Positions 1-9,377 of a stretch of 64,000 nt of DNA are shown in pieces (the stretch's first letter is position 1; every line of letters starts with the position of its first letter). Both the position numbers and the translations under genes were made by a program. The DNA comes from Paracoccaceae bacterium. GTDB taxonomy: Bacteria; Pseudomonadota; Alphaproteobacteria; Rhodobacterales; Rhodobacteraceae. The notes under the pieces were generated by a model that did not search any database, was not told the origin of the DNA, and was given only the letters and a program-made list of their open reading frames with translations. The stretch lies in NCBI GenBank assembly GCA_963662395.1, contig OY759511.1:4100820-4164819 (forward strand), read 5' to 3'.

Positions 1-264
1 GAACACCTCAAGTCCCCTGAGGCACAGGCGGAGCTTCTTTCCGAGGCGTTCGGGACCGGCGACCCGAAGTTCATGGCTCACGCGCTTGGCACGGTCGCGA
101 GGGCGCGCGGGATGACGACCGTATCCAGGGAGTCCGGCGTCTCGCGCGAAGCCCTTTACAGGGCATTGAGCGAAAACGGCGACCCTCGGCTGAGCACCTT
201 CACCAGTGTGTTGTCAGCGCTTGGCTTCGGCATCGAGGCCAAGGTGCTGCGACACACTGCCTGA
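1..264 (+). CDS. Addiction-module antidote protein, HigA-family HTH (5' end lies outside the window)
   Basis: Frame 1 is open from base 1 (EHLKSPEAQAELLSEAFGTGDPKF then MAHALG...). The block LGTVARARGMTTVSRESGVSREALYRALSENGDPRLSTFTSVLSALGF matches the conserved HTH core of TIGR02684-type antidote proteins. Stop at 262-264. Confidence 0.75.
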   Translation, partial: EHLKSPEAQAELLSEAFGTGDPKFMAHALGTVARARGMTTVSRESGVSREALYRALSENGDPRLSTFTSVLSALGFGIEAKVLRHTA

Positions 265-767
265 CAGGGGCCTGCTCCGGCATCTTCCGCATCGCCTTGC
301 GGTCGGCGCAGCCGCGGCACCTGGCGGCGCGCTTCCGGCCGCGGGTTCAGTCGAAGAGGCTGACCGTCTCAACGGGGCCCCCGCAGTCAATGCAGCGTCC
401 CTCGGCCCTGCGCCGGCCGCGCAGATTTTTCATCATCGCCGCCGAGTGGCGTTGCATTGCCACGGTCGGATTTCGCGGTCGGCCGGGCGCGATCTGGGCG
501 AGCTTGGCCTGCAGGCACCGCATCGACCGGAATTCCGTTCTTTTCGCCGATCCGCGTGCCAGGGGATTGTGGGTCGGTCCTGGAGGACGGGGGTTCGGGT
601 CCAGTTCCGGGATCCGCGGCAAGGATCAGGTCCGCTCGTCCGGGGACGGTGCCCTGCCCGCCAGCATCCCTGTGCCGAAACGCGGCCTTGATCACGAGCG
701 CCTGCGTCATTCCTGTCCGCCTTCTTCCAGATGGTGCCATACCCATTCGAATGCAAAGCCTCGATGT

Positions 768-1711
768 GTAAGAGTTTGAATCTAAACCATTGATTCCATT
801 AATGTTCTTGAAATCAAGGACTTGACCCCCTTGCCAGCCGCCGTCCGGAGCGGCAGACGGCCGGCCGTGCCCGGGCCAGCGAGCTTGCGAAGCTCCGCTC
901 GACGTCCCTTGCCAGCCGCCGGCACCTGCCCATCCAGGCGAAGCTCCGCTCGACCACCCACCGGCGGACAAGGACCGTGAAGCCTTCGACATCCTTCGGC
1001 TTCTTGACGATCTCCCCGAGTCCGGCGGCCGGTTCCGGGCCCCGGTATCCGCCATCGGCCCGGAGCCCGGTCACCCCGGGAGCCTTCTGCGGCATGCCCG
1101 ATATCACCGGACGGGCCCCGTCCCGGTCCTGAGGTCGGCCGTGTGAACCACGATCATGACCGGGATGCCCCCGGTGGAGGCGGCGATGTGACGTTTCCTG
1201 CCCCTGATCTTCCTGCCGGCATCGTGGCCGGCCGGGCCCGCTCCCGGTGGTCTTCACCGTCCGGCTGTCGATGATGGCCGCCATCGGCTCTTCGGGGCGG
1301 CCGTCCGGTTTCCGTGCATGCGCATGAAGCACGTCCGTCATGGTCTCGAACATCCCGGAGCGGGACCAGGCGCAGAAATGGTTCCGGATCGTTGCAGATG
1401 GCGGAAAACACCGGGGAATGGCCCGCCACCGGCACCCGGTGCCGAGCATGTACCGGATGGCATCGAACACCTCCCGCAGGTCGGTGCCGCGCGGCCGGCC
1501 GCGCGGCGAGGGTGGCGGAGGAAGCGGTTCGATCAATTGCCGTTCCCGGTCGGTCAGATCAATTGCCATTCCCGGCCGGTCGTCCATGCTGCTGCCGGGT
1601 GGTCTCGTTCCAGGCCATGCGGGTATCCCCCTGTTCGTGCAGAAACAGACAGGAACATGCCACGTATTTCCGCCCGGCGCGAATCCACTCGCTTTCAGGT
1701 CAGGCTCTGAG
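768..1711 (-). mobile_element. Decayed IS5-family element (left edge approximate)
   Basis: Contains the frameshifted transposase below. The subterminal sequence at 1667-1711 (TTTCCGCCCGGCGCGAATCC...GGTCAGGCTCTGAG) is homologous to the end of the second remnant at 7181-7222. Confidence 0.55.
814..1569 (-). pseudogene. IS5-family DDE transposase, frameshifted
   Basis: The N-terminus (MAIDLTDRERQLIEPL...GTGCRWRAIP) and C-terminus (GFTVLVRRWVVERSFAWMGRCRRLARDVERS) are in frame. The central catalytic stretch reads out of frame: GPGRPRCRQEDQGQETSHRR where GPRGYDAGKKIKGRKRH-like sequence is expected. Confidence 0.7.
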
Positions 1712-1726
1712 CTCGACTTTGCACGA

Positions 1727-3151
1727 TTATGCCGCGTGGCACAGCGTTTCAACCATGCGCCTGACCCTCTCCGGAGGCACTTTGAGCCTGCCGTATCTGG
1801 CTGCTGCCTCGCTCCCGGCATGATCGACAGGATCGGGCGGCCGGGTTTTGTGCCACTCCCGGTCTGGCGGGGAGCGTTGGAATAGTCCATCCAGCCACGA
1901 TCGGCACCGCACGGCGGCGATGGCATCGGAGAAGGTGAAGGCGGATTTGCGGTACCAGGCGGCGGCATTGGAATGCGGCTCCCGGGCCAGAAGATCGGTG
2001 GCCCACAGGCAGACCAGGCTGTAGAGTCCAAGCAGCACCGGGGTGGTGCGCTCGATCGCGGCATCGGACCATTGTCGCTGGGTCTCCACCCCGAGATGGG
2101 CCCGGGCTTCCTGGAAGGTGGTCTCGATCTGCCAGCGCCGCACGAAGATGGCGATGATCCGCGCCGGATCCATGTCAGGATCGGTACTGAAGAAGGCCTG
2201 GGGGTCCCTGACGCCCTCCGGGTCCCGCACCAGCACCCAGCGAATGGGCTTGGCGCCGGCGCCGGCGCGATACCAGAGCGCCTTCCCGGAGAGGATCTCC
2301 AGCGTCTTGTCCTTCAGGCCTCCATACCAGCGCGAAAGCAAGACCGGCGTCCAGCTTGCGGAGCCGTCAGCAAGATATGTCCCGAGCTTGGGCAGTTGCC
2401 TTCCCTTCTGCCTGGGCCGGCCCATCTGGCCCGGCCGGCGCTGCTCCGGCGCCTCGAACAGGTTGGCATCGAGCCTGAGCCGGCTGATGAGGCAGGCGCG
2501 CCGGCCGATGGCGTCTGCGAGTTCGTGGGTGCCGAAACTGCTGTCGCCGACGAAGATGACCGATCGGCCCGGCAGCCAGCGCAGTATCACCAGCATGCCC
2601 TGGCGCGCCCGCTCGGTGAGCGGCTTGTGGCGCCGTCCCTTCTGTCTGGCCCATCGCGCCGAAGGGGCCAGCAGGGTCATGATCGGCAACGCCTTGATTC
2701 CCGGCAACCAGGGCAGCGGCGTCAGCAACATGAAGCTGAGCCAGCGCAGCCCGCTGGTCTTGACGAAATGACCGTGGCTGGAGCGCACCGGGTCACGGTA
2801 GATGCCGCGGGCGCTGATGCGTGAGCCCCAGCGCCGCTCCATGGTGTCATCGACGCCGATGATGACCGGCTCCCCGGTTTCGACCAGTGTTGCCACCAGG
2901 TGGCGGGTCAGCCGCCCCGCCAGCTCGCCCGGCTTCCAGCGGGCCCGGTTCAACACCTGGTGATAGGAGGCGTAATTGCTGTTCATCGCCCTTCCGGTGA
3001 TCCGCAGGCAGGCGGACACGGTCCGCTTTCCGGGTGCCAGCAGGGCTCCGGTGACCAGAACCAGCACCAGGCGCCATGTCGGGGCGGTGAATGCGCCCCG
3101 GAACAGTGCAAGCTGGATGCGCAGGAGATCCGGGACCGGATCGCCGGTCAT
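1727..3151 (-). CDS. DDE transposase (IS4/IS701 superfamily), 474 aa
   Basis: Start taken at MTGDPVPDLLRIQLALF (ATG 3151-3149), which forms an ATGA overlap with the upstream stop. Blocks IIGVDDTMERRWG, IFVGDSSFG and RRWQIETTFQEARAHLGVE are typical of this DDE group. Confidence 0.85.
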   Translation of the reverse strand: MTGDPVPDLLRIQLALFRGAFTAPTWRLVLVLVTGALLAPGKRTVSACLRITGRAMNSNYASYHQVLNRARWKPGELAGRLTRHLVATLVETGEPVIIGVDDTMERRWGSRISARGIYRDPVRSSHGHFVKTSGLRWLSFMLLTPLPWLPGIKALPIMTLLAPSARWARQKGRRHKPLTERARQGMLVILRWLPGRSVIFVGDSSFGTHELADAIGRRACLISRLRLDANLFEAPEQRRPGQMGRPRQKGRQLPKLGTYLADGSASWTPVLLSRWYGGLKDKTLEILSGKALWYRAGAGAKPIRWVLVRDPEGVRDPQAFFSTDPDMDPARIIAIFVRRWQIETTFQEARAHLGVETQRQWSDAAIERTTPVLLGLYSLVCLWATDLLAREPHSNAAAWYRKSAFTFSDAIAAVRCRSWLDGLFQRSPPDREWHKTRPPDPVDHAGSEAAARYGRLKVPPERVRRMVETLCHAA

Positions 3152-3768
3152 GACGGCGCCGCCTCTTCGGCCTCGGCAGCCATGATGGCGGCCAGCACCG
3201 CCAGCCGCTCGCCCGGCGGCATCTCGCCGTAGCGCCGGCCCCAGTTCTCGGCCTTGCGCTTGATGCGCTGGCGGTCGGTGAAGTTCATGCCCGCTGCGCT
3301 TGCCCAGTGCACCCGGTCCAGTTCGAAGTTGAACCACACCGCCTCGGTGCGCACCACGCCATGGGTCATGACCTGCACCTGCAGCCGGCGCCAGCCGGCC
3401 AAATGCTCATCATGGAGCACCGAGGGATGACCCGACACCATCACCTGGCAGGGCAGGGCCCGGAGCAGCGCCAGCAGCCGGGCATGTTCGGCCTCGGTCA
3501 TCTCGAAGCGGTAGCGGCGGGCCGAGCGGCGGGTGGCCCGCAGGCAGGGGGGATCGGCATGGACCAGCTCGGTGCCCTGGAAGGGGAAGGAAGAGAGGAA
3601 ATCATGGGCGCAGCCATGCACCCGTTCGACCGGGTAGTCGCAGCCGAAACCCGCCAGTGCCCCTTCGTCGAGATCGATGCCGATATTGCGCATCGCCGGC
3701 GGCTTGCGTTTCATGATCGCCCCGCCGCCAAGATGGCTCTCGATATAGGTACTGTGCGGCGGCATCAT
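3148..3768 (-). CDS. D12-class (Dam-like) DNA adenine methyltransferase homologue, IS passenger; catalytic tetrapeptide reads DPPC
   Basis: YIESHLGGGAIM sits at the SAM-binding FxGxG position and VHADPPCL at the DPPY position, followed by QVMVSGHPSVL. The stop TGA overlaps the transposase ATG. Confidence 0.6.
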   Translation of the reverse strand: MMPPHSTYIESHLGGGAIMKRKPPAMRNIGIDLDEGALAGFGCDYPVERVHGCAHDFLSSFPFQGTELVHADPPCLRATRRSARRYRFEMTEAEHARLLALLRALPCQVMVSGHPSVLHDEHLAGWRRLQVQVMTHGVVRTEAVWFNFELDRVHWASAAGMNFTDRQRIKRKAENWGRRYGEMPPGERLAVLAAIMAAEAEEAAPS

Positions 3769-3950
3769 GGCAATCAGCGCCTGGCACAGGCCGGGTGTTG
3801 CCTTCGATCCGAAATATCCCGTGCGGTCTCTCCTCTCACGAGAGCCCGATCCATGGAATCCGGCATCTATCGAGTCAATGCATCGAGGGATGCCGGGCTT
3901 GCGCCGGCAGGCAGGGAATGGAACACATCGTATCCAGGAGACACTGCCCC

Positions 3951-4238
3951 ATGACCGATATCGATCCCATCGTGCAGCGCATGGAAGCCTTCAATCGGGA
4001 AAATGGCGGCGGTGTGAGTGTTCGCAAGAGCCGGGGCGGCTACAACCTTGCCATGACCGAAACCGGGGCACCGGTCGCCCGGCTGAAGCCGGAGGGACCG
4101 GGCGACCGGATGCGGATCCTGTACTGGTCATGGCAGGAAAGGTGGAAGGATGTCGGCGACATGGGCGGCATTGTGCTGCCGCTTGACGAAGCACTCGATC
4201 AGATCGCCACTACGGAAATCTTCTGGACCTGGACGTGA
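3951..4238 (+). CDS. Small conserved hypothetical protein (95 aa; DUF3024-like from memory only), IS passenger
   Basis: AGGAG lies 10 nt upstream of ATG 3951. Sequence MTDIDPIVQRMEAFNRENGGG...RMRILYWSWQERWKDVGDMGG...IFWTWT. A second copy at 45628-45915 differs by 2 aa. Confidence 0.5.
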   Translation: MTDIDPIVQRMEAFNRENGGGVSVRKSRGGYNLAMTETGAPVARLKPEGPGDRMRILYWSWQERWKDVGDMGGIVLPLDEALDQIATTEIFWTWT

Positions 4239-4335
4239 GGAAAATGTGCAAAGTCGAGCTGAGGCAGGAGCTCAGATAATCGTCGCGGTCATCGTCGTTG
4301 TCAGTATATTCGAACGAGCGCCTCTCGCAGTCAGC

Positions 4336-4355
4336 TAGTGCCCGCCAGAAAACAC
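4336..4355. repeat. Solo IR-like 20-mer (TAGTGCCCGCCAGAAAACAC)
   Basis: Matches the termini of the 13881-15655 element (TAGTGCCCGCCAGAGAAC / GTTTTCTGGCGGGCACGA) and the end at 46488-46508. No similarity extends beyond ~20 bp. Confidence 0.35.
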
Positions 4356-4481
4356 ACCTTGTCACGCACCTTCGGTTCTAACACTATGATATAGCGTCTC
4401 TTTTTCTTCCTCAACCCGCAGATGCGGCAGGCATTCCGGACCGGTTTTCCCGCATCTGCAACTGGATGCAGGGAGAATACC

Positions 4482-5612
4482 ATGGCGACAGCACGACTGA
4501 CAGATGCACGAATCAGGGCACTCAAGCCAGCGGCGGCGGCGCGGGACATCCGCGACTCGGATCTGAAAGGCTTCGGCATCCGGATCATGCCTTCGGGACG
4601 GCGGCGTTTCTTCATCCACACACAGTGCGATGGCAGGCGCGTCTGGAAGATCATCGGCGATCCGGAGCAGATGCGCGTGAGGGAGGCACGCGATGCGGCA
4701 CGGGCCGCGCTGGCTGCCATCCGAAAGGGCCAGCCGGTCGTGGTATCGCCGGACGAGACCCTGTTCGCGGTGGTCGCCGAGGAGATGTTCTGTCGCTATT
4801 CCCGGCACTGGAAGCCCTCCACATGCAAGGTCAACAGCTACTATCTGCGCAAGCAGATCCTGCCCTGGTTCGGGGACATGCAGATTGCCGACATCACCGG
4901 CAAGGATGTGCAGGACTGGCATGCCTCCCTCAGTGCAACCCCTGTCGCCGCCGATCGCTCGGCGCCGGTCTTGTCGGTGATCATGGCCCAGGCCGAGATC
5001 CACGGCTACCGGCCCGAGAACTCCAACCCGTGCACGAGCATCAGACGCTACCGGCGGGCCGGGCGCGAACGTTTCCTCTCGGCGGCCGAGTTGCGGCGGC
5101 TCGGCGGCATTCTCGAATGCCATGAGAAGGCCCGCCCGTTGCTGGCGGCCATCATCAGTTTGCTGCTCCTGACCGGCTGCCGGTCCAGCGAGATCCGATG
5201 CCTCCAGTGGCGGGACTATCGTGACGGGCACCTGCATCTTCGTGACAGCAAGACCGGACCGCGCACCGTGTGGTTGTCATCACCGGCCCGGGACATATTG
5301 GCCGGGCTGCCGAGAACATCCCGCTGGGTCTTTCCGTCGCGCCGGACCGACGGTCCGGTCTCGAAGCCGGTGGTCCAGAGATTCTGGCAGCGTGTGCGCT
5401 CGGAAGCGGAGCTCGATGATGTGCGGCTGCATGATGCCCGTCATACCTATGCCAGCATCGCCATCATGGCCGGCGAGACCGTTCCCATTGTCGGCCGTCT
5501 TCTGGGTCACAATGATACCGCCACCACGCTCAAATACACGCATCTTGCCGAGACCGTGATGCGCGGTGCGGCCGATTCCATGGGCGGCGTGCTCGGAGGG
5601 ACAGACTCATGA
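4482..5612 (+). CDS. Tyrosine-type integrase (P4-like, DUF4102-type N-terminal arm-binding domain), 376 aa
   Basis: GGGAGA precedes ATG 4482. N-terminus MATARLTDARIRALKP...GFGIRIMPSGRRRFF. C-terminus RLHDARHTYAS...LLGHNDTATTLKYTHL gives the R..HxxR..Y catalytic pattern. Confidence 0.85.
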   Translation: MATARLTDARIRALKPAAAARDIRDSDLKGFGIRIMPSGRRRFFIHTQCDGRRVWKIIGDPEQMRVREARDAARAALAAIRKGQPVVVSPDETLFAVVAEEMFCRYSRHWKPSTCKVNSYYLRKQILPWFGDMQIADITGKDVQDWHASLSATPVAADRSAPVLSVIMAQAEIHGYRPENSNPCTSIRRYRRAGRERFLSAAELRRLGGILECHEKARPLLAAIISLLLLTGCRSSEIRCLQWRDYRDGHLHLRDSKTGPRTVWLSSPARDILAGLPRTSRWVFPSRRTDGPVSKPVVQRFWQRVRSEAELDDVRLHDARHTYASIAIMAGETVPIVGRLLGHNDTATTLKYTHLAETVMRGAADSMGGVLGGTDS

Positions 5613-6730
5613 AGAGGGCCCACCTGACCGATGCCGGCATTCGCAGGCTGAAGCCCGGTGCCCGCGAATACACAATCCGCGACAGCCGGGTCTCCTCCCT
5701 CTGTGTCCGGGTCTACCCGTCCGGATCCAGGGTCTTCGTCTTCCAGTCTGGGTCATGGAAGCAGTCGCTGGGCCCGGCCGCGCTCATGAAGGTCGCTGAA
5801 GCACGGCAGCGATGCTTGAGGATTGAGTCTGCCGGCAGGGACCAACGAGCCGCGGCGCCGGTGTTTGCTGATTTCTGCGCCGGAGAATGGCGCGACTCCT
5901 GGCTTCCCCGCTGCAAGCCGTCGACGATCCGTGGGCGGGACTGGATCCTGGACTCCCTGCTGCTGCCTGCGTTCGGCGGCCTTCGCATCGACCGGGTGGC
6001 GCCGTCTGACATTCACCAATGGTTTGACGCGTATAGCCGGACATCACCCGGGGCTGCCAATCATGCATTGGGTGTGCTGCGCCAGGTCTTCAACCATGCG
6101 GTCAGGCTCGAATACGTCACCGCCAACCCGGCGAGGAGCGTCAGGCCCAATCCGCGCCCGAAGCGCACCCGGTTCCTCTCGCAGGAGGAAATCTGCCGGC
6201 TGCACCAATGCCTTGACCGCCATGCAGCCGGGCGGCGTGGCCAGCAGGCGGACATCATCCGCCTCTTGCTCCTGACCGGCTGCCGCAAGAACGAGATAGT
6301 CCGCCTCAGGTGGCGGGAGGTGAATGGCGACCATCTGCGGCTCGAGGACAGCAAGACCGGCCCGCGAACGGTGTTCCTGAACCGGACGGCGCAGGAGATC
6401 ATCGAGGGCCGGCTGGCAATGACCACAGGCGAGTTCGTGTTTCCCTCTCCCATGGATCCTGACAGGCCGATCTCGGACATTTTGGCCCTCTGGTACGAGA
6501 TGCGCCAGGAGATCGGACTTGAGGATGTCCGCCTCCATGATCTTCGCCATACCTATGCAAGTCAGGCCGTGATGCGGGGGGGGGTTCCTCTTCTTGTCGT
6601 GGCAAGGCTTCTGGGCCACAGCTAGGTTCAGATGACAATGCGTTACGCGCATGTGGGAGACCGCGATGTCGAGGCGGCAGCCGAGCGGATTGGTGAGGTC
6701 GTGGCCGGGGCGCTGGCGGGGAAAGGGTAA
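5609..6730 (+). pseudogene. Second tyrosine integrase with in-frame TAG (6623-6625) upstream of the catalytic Tyr
   Basis: ATG 5609 overlaps the stop of the first integrase (ATGA). N-terminus MKRAHLTDAGIRRLKP. The reading is ...RLHDLRHTYASQAV...LLGHS-TAG-VQMTMRYAHVGDRD..., and the frame continues to TAA 6728-6730. Confidence 0.8.
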
Positions 6731-6798
6731 GCGGAGGGAGGCGAGTCTCTGGATCTCCGGCGGTCTCGCTCCAGACCATGTGGACAGTCACTGTGCCG

Positions 6799-7222
6799 TT
6801 AGCATGCCATACCGGTTGCGGGGTGGGAGTGAACGGCATTGGCGACATCTGGCGAGAATCGCCATGTTGCTGGCGGCAAGGCAATCGTGACGGTCCCCAT
6901 GTCATTGGGGCGGCGAGAACCGGGTGGAATTGCCCGCCACTGGCAGCCGGTTCCCAGCATGTACTGGATGGCGTTCCATACCTCCCGCAGGCAGGTGCTG
7001 CGCGGGCGTCCCATCTTCGAGGGCGGCGGAAGGAGCGGTTCGATCACTTGCCATTCGGCATCGGTCAAATCGGTTTCAAATCGCCGTGCGAGTCGCCTAT
7101 ACTGCTGCCGGGTGGTTTCGCTCCAGGGCATGTGGATATCTCCTGTTGGTGTTGAAGTTAACAGGACTATGCCACGAATTTTCGCCGGGCGCGAATCTGC
7201 CCACTTTTGGTCAGGTTCTTAG
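6799..7222 (-). mobile_element. Truncated IS5-family remnant (about 70 N-terminal transposase codons plus the terminal repeat)
   Basis: MPWSETTRQQYRRLARRFETDLTDAEWQVIEPLLPPPSKMGRPRSTCLREVWNAIQYMLGTGCQWRAIPP, after which similarity is lost. The end sequence at 7181-7222 parallels 1667-1711. Confidence 0.6.
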
Positions 7223-7275
7223 ATCTTCTGCATGAACCATCAGGCCGAACATATTCATGGGCAAGGGGTGCCTGT

Positions 7276-7923
7276 ATGACCTTCGACCTTAGTCAAATGG
7301 AATCTCGACTGGTGCTGATTGAATGGGAACACACTCAGCGGGAAGAAATTACAGAGCAGCTTGAGAACGCTTTTCCATCGCTGGCAGCTGCAATCAAGGC
7401 AGAGATTGATAAAATGCCATTTGATGACGTTGAGAATGCGGATCGCGACGAAGGGACTCTGCTTGAATTGGCCGGGCGTCTGATGAGCTCCTGGAAGGAA
7501 GTGCAGAGCCAAATCGCTGTAGGGAGAGCAGAGCAGAGCCTTTTGGAGATTGCCAAGAAACTGCAGTCTAGCGCTGGCATTAGCAAAAACCTGCAAGATG
7601 TGTGGCCGGCCCTCAGAGAGGACGGTGTGCTTGGTCCATCAATGCACCAATTGCCGACCTTGATTCAATTCCCGATGCTGAACAAGGACTTCTTTCGGCA
7701 CGAACCAAGAAAAAATTTCTTCCGGAAATTGTGGCTTGATGTACGCGGGAGGATTTTGGATCGTCTGACGGATGCACGATCCCGCCTAATCGTGAAAATC
7801 GAGACAATCGCGCGCCAACAACTGTTCGCCAACGGAATGCGGCTGAGTGAACCCTGCTTTGTGAACAAACTTCAAGCTGCCATCCTGAAGGCTGCCGACC
7901 ATATGTTGCAGGAACCCGCCTGA
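7276..7923 (+). CDS. Hypothetical alpha-helical protein (215 aa), no domain recognised
   Basis: AAGGGG lies 8 nt before ATG 7276 (MTFDLSQMESRLVLIEWEH...). The region is lower-GC. The stop TGA overlaps the next ATG (TGATG at 7921-7925). Confidence 0.5.
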   Translation: MTFDLSQMESRLVLIEWEHTQREEITEQLENAFPSLAAAIKAEIDKMPFDDVENADRDEGTLLELAGRLMSSWKEVQSQIAVGRAEQSLLEIAKKLQSSAGISKNLQDVWPALREDGVLGPSMHQLPTLIQFPMLNKDFFRHEPRKNFFRKLWLDVRGRILDRLTDARSRLIVKIETIARQQLFANGMRLSEPCFVNKLQAAILKAADHMLQEPA

Positions 7924-8966
7924 TGCCCCTGTTATACGAGATTCCGAAGGCACTCTCAGAGCTTATTGACGCTGGCAAGGCCGATCTCTTCGGGGCCATC
8001 ATCAAGCACACGGCCACCGGCCAAATTCTGGGACACGTTCAGCAAACCAATGTTGCGCAGAATGGCTTGGCCAGGGTGCTCGGACAAGCGATTAACGTAG
8101 CCCCCTTCCTTCCGCTGGGTCTACTGGATGCCATAACGGTTTTCCAGAATGTCAAGATCGCACAAGGAATTGCTGAACTGCAAAAGGGCATGCAGCTGGT
8201 GCAGAATTTGCAGGTCGGCGCACTCGCACTTAATGGGCTTGGACTCGGGGTGGCAGTGGCCGGGTTTGCGGTGATGCACGACAAACTGAAAGCAATCGAG
8301 AAACGGCTTGATGCGACAGAGCAGCAGAATAGAGAGTTGCATGAAAGGATCGACAAGAGGTTTGACGACCTGCGAGAAGATGATCTGAAGGCTGTATTTG
8401 CGGGTGTCGAGGCGGAATTGCAAAATCTCAAGCTCCTGCATGATCGCCACAACCCGCAAAGAGTCGCAGAACATTTGCAGTTGTCACTAACCCGCGCGAC
8501 GAGGCAACTGGAGCGGCACTTCATGGCTGAGGCAGACATTGCAAATCGCTTGTCGGCACCTTTGGATCTGCTTGACAGGCTTTGGACTCTCGCCGGGGCT
8601 ATTCGGCTATGCCAGAATGCTGCAATTGAGGCACTGTTCGTCGCAAACGAACTGAGAGCGGCAGAAAAATACGGTGAAGTCGAGCTCGACTGTCAGTTCA
8701 AGTTGCTGGAGAGGTGTGTTCCTGACGAGTTGGCTCGCTTAGTCGGCAGAGCCGAGCAGCAGCTGGAGGAGGAGCTAGAGCTGCGCCGCCGGGCACTGAG
8801 TCAGGCGCACATTCTGCGTGACGGGATCAAGGGTGGCTTGCGGGATCTGGCTGGGCAGATCAGTCTTGCGCAGGCACTCAGGGACGAAGGAATGAAGGGA
8901 AGTAAATTCGTGCGTGAAATTCGTGAGACCAATGCAGATCTTGTGTTTCTGATGCCGGAGAATTAA
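7923..8966 (+). CDS. Hypothetical protein (347 aa): N-terminal globular part, one Gly/Ala-rich hydrophobic helix, long C-terminal coiled coil
   Basis: Uninterrupted ORF translationally coupled to the upstream gene. Hydrophobic segment LQVGALALNGLGLGVAVAGFAVM. Heptad-like charged sequence from KLKAIEKRLDATEQQNRELHERIDKRFDDL onward. Confidence 0.6.
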   Translation: MPLLYEIPKALSELIDAGKADLFGAIIKHTATGQILGHVQQTNVAQNGLARVLGQAINVAPFLPLGLLDAITVFQNVKIAQGIAELQKGMQLVQNLQVGALALNGLGLGVAVAGFAVMHDKLKAIEKRLDATEQQNRELHERIDKRFDDLREDDLKAVFAGVEAELQNLKLLHDRHNPQRVAEHLQLSLTRATRQLERHFMAEADIANRLSAPLDLLDRLWTLAGAIRLCQNAAIEALFVANELRAAEKYGEVELDCQFKLLERCVPDELARLVGRAEQQLEEELELRRRALSQAHILRDGIKGGLRDLAGQISLAQALRDEGMKGSKFVREIRETNADLVFLMPEN

Positions 8967-9064
8967 CCGAATCTTCTATTCGAATCTTTGTAGCCCGACA
9001 CCCCAAAGTCTATTCAAAACTGCCGATGCCGGAATATTCCCCTTCAGGAGAGGCTCTCGCCCTA

Positions 9065-9139
9065 TTCCCCGCCAGCACCGACCTTGCGGAACTGGCTGGC
9101 GCCGCCGGGCTGCGCTGGACCATCGAGGCGTGCTTGCAG
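9065..9139 (+). pseudogene. 25-codon relic of an IS4/IS701-type transposase C-terminus
   Basis: FPASTDLAELAGAAGLRWTIEACLQ resembles the ...AG.RW.IEE.FQ... block of that group. It is a high-GC patch inside a lower-GC intergenic region. Confidence 0.3.
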
Positions 9140-9377
9140 CTGCATGTCAACCTGGTCATGCTTCTAGGCTAGGCTGGTGTCGGAATTGTTGATCTGGGCA
9201 CAGCTGTCGGCGTTCCCGAACGCCAATAGCTGATCGCAAACCCCTGCCCAAGCCGCCAACAACAAGGTCATTAATCATGTGCTGGTCGCTGTGGCGGCGC
9301 AAACAGCGGGCAGACGCCGCAAGGGCGCACTACAAAAGACGAACGGGGAATGTATGACTGTTGCGTTGGTGAGATGC

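Larger units (their letters stand above)
1712..4258 (-). mobile_element. IS4/IS701-superfamily insertion sequence, copy 1 (2,547 bp) with two passenger ORFs
   Basis: Terminal inverted repeats CTCGACTTTGCAC (1712-1724) and GTGCAAAGTCGAG (4246-4258). Flanked by a 5-bp direct repeat CTGAG (1707-1711 and 4259-4263). The same termini recur at 41396 and 45935. Confidence 0.8.

Noticed and set aside
264-814. Several overlapping 90-220-aa ORFs on both strands. One example is 347-622(-), ending ...MMKNLRGRRRAEGRCIDCGGPVETVSLFD.
   Set aside because: This is a very GC-rich stretch with open frames everywhere. The 347-622 frame has coding-like third-position GC and a CxxC, but I cannot recognise a family or a credible start, so I made no call.
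4240-4481. Looked for a tRNA or tmRNA gene and att site next to the tandem integrases
   Set aside because: No cloverleaf-compatible sequence is visible. The region contains only the IS flank and a solo IR-like 20-mer.
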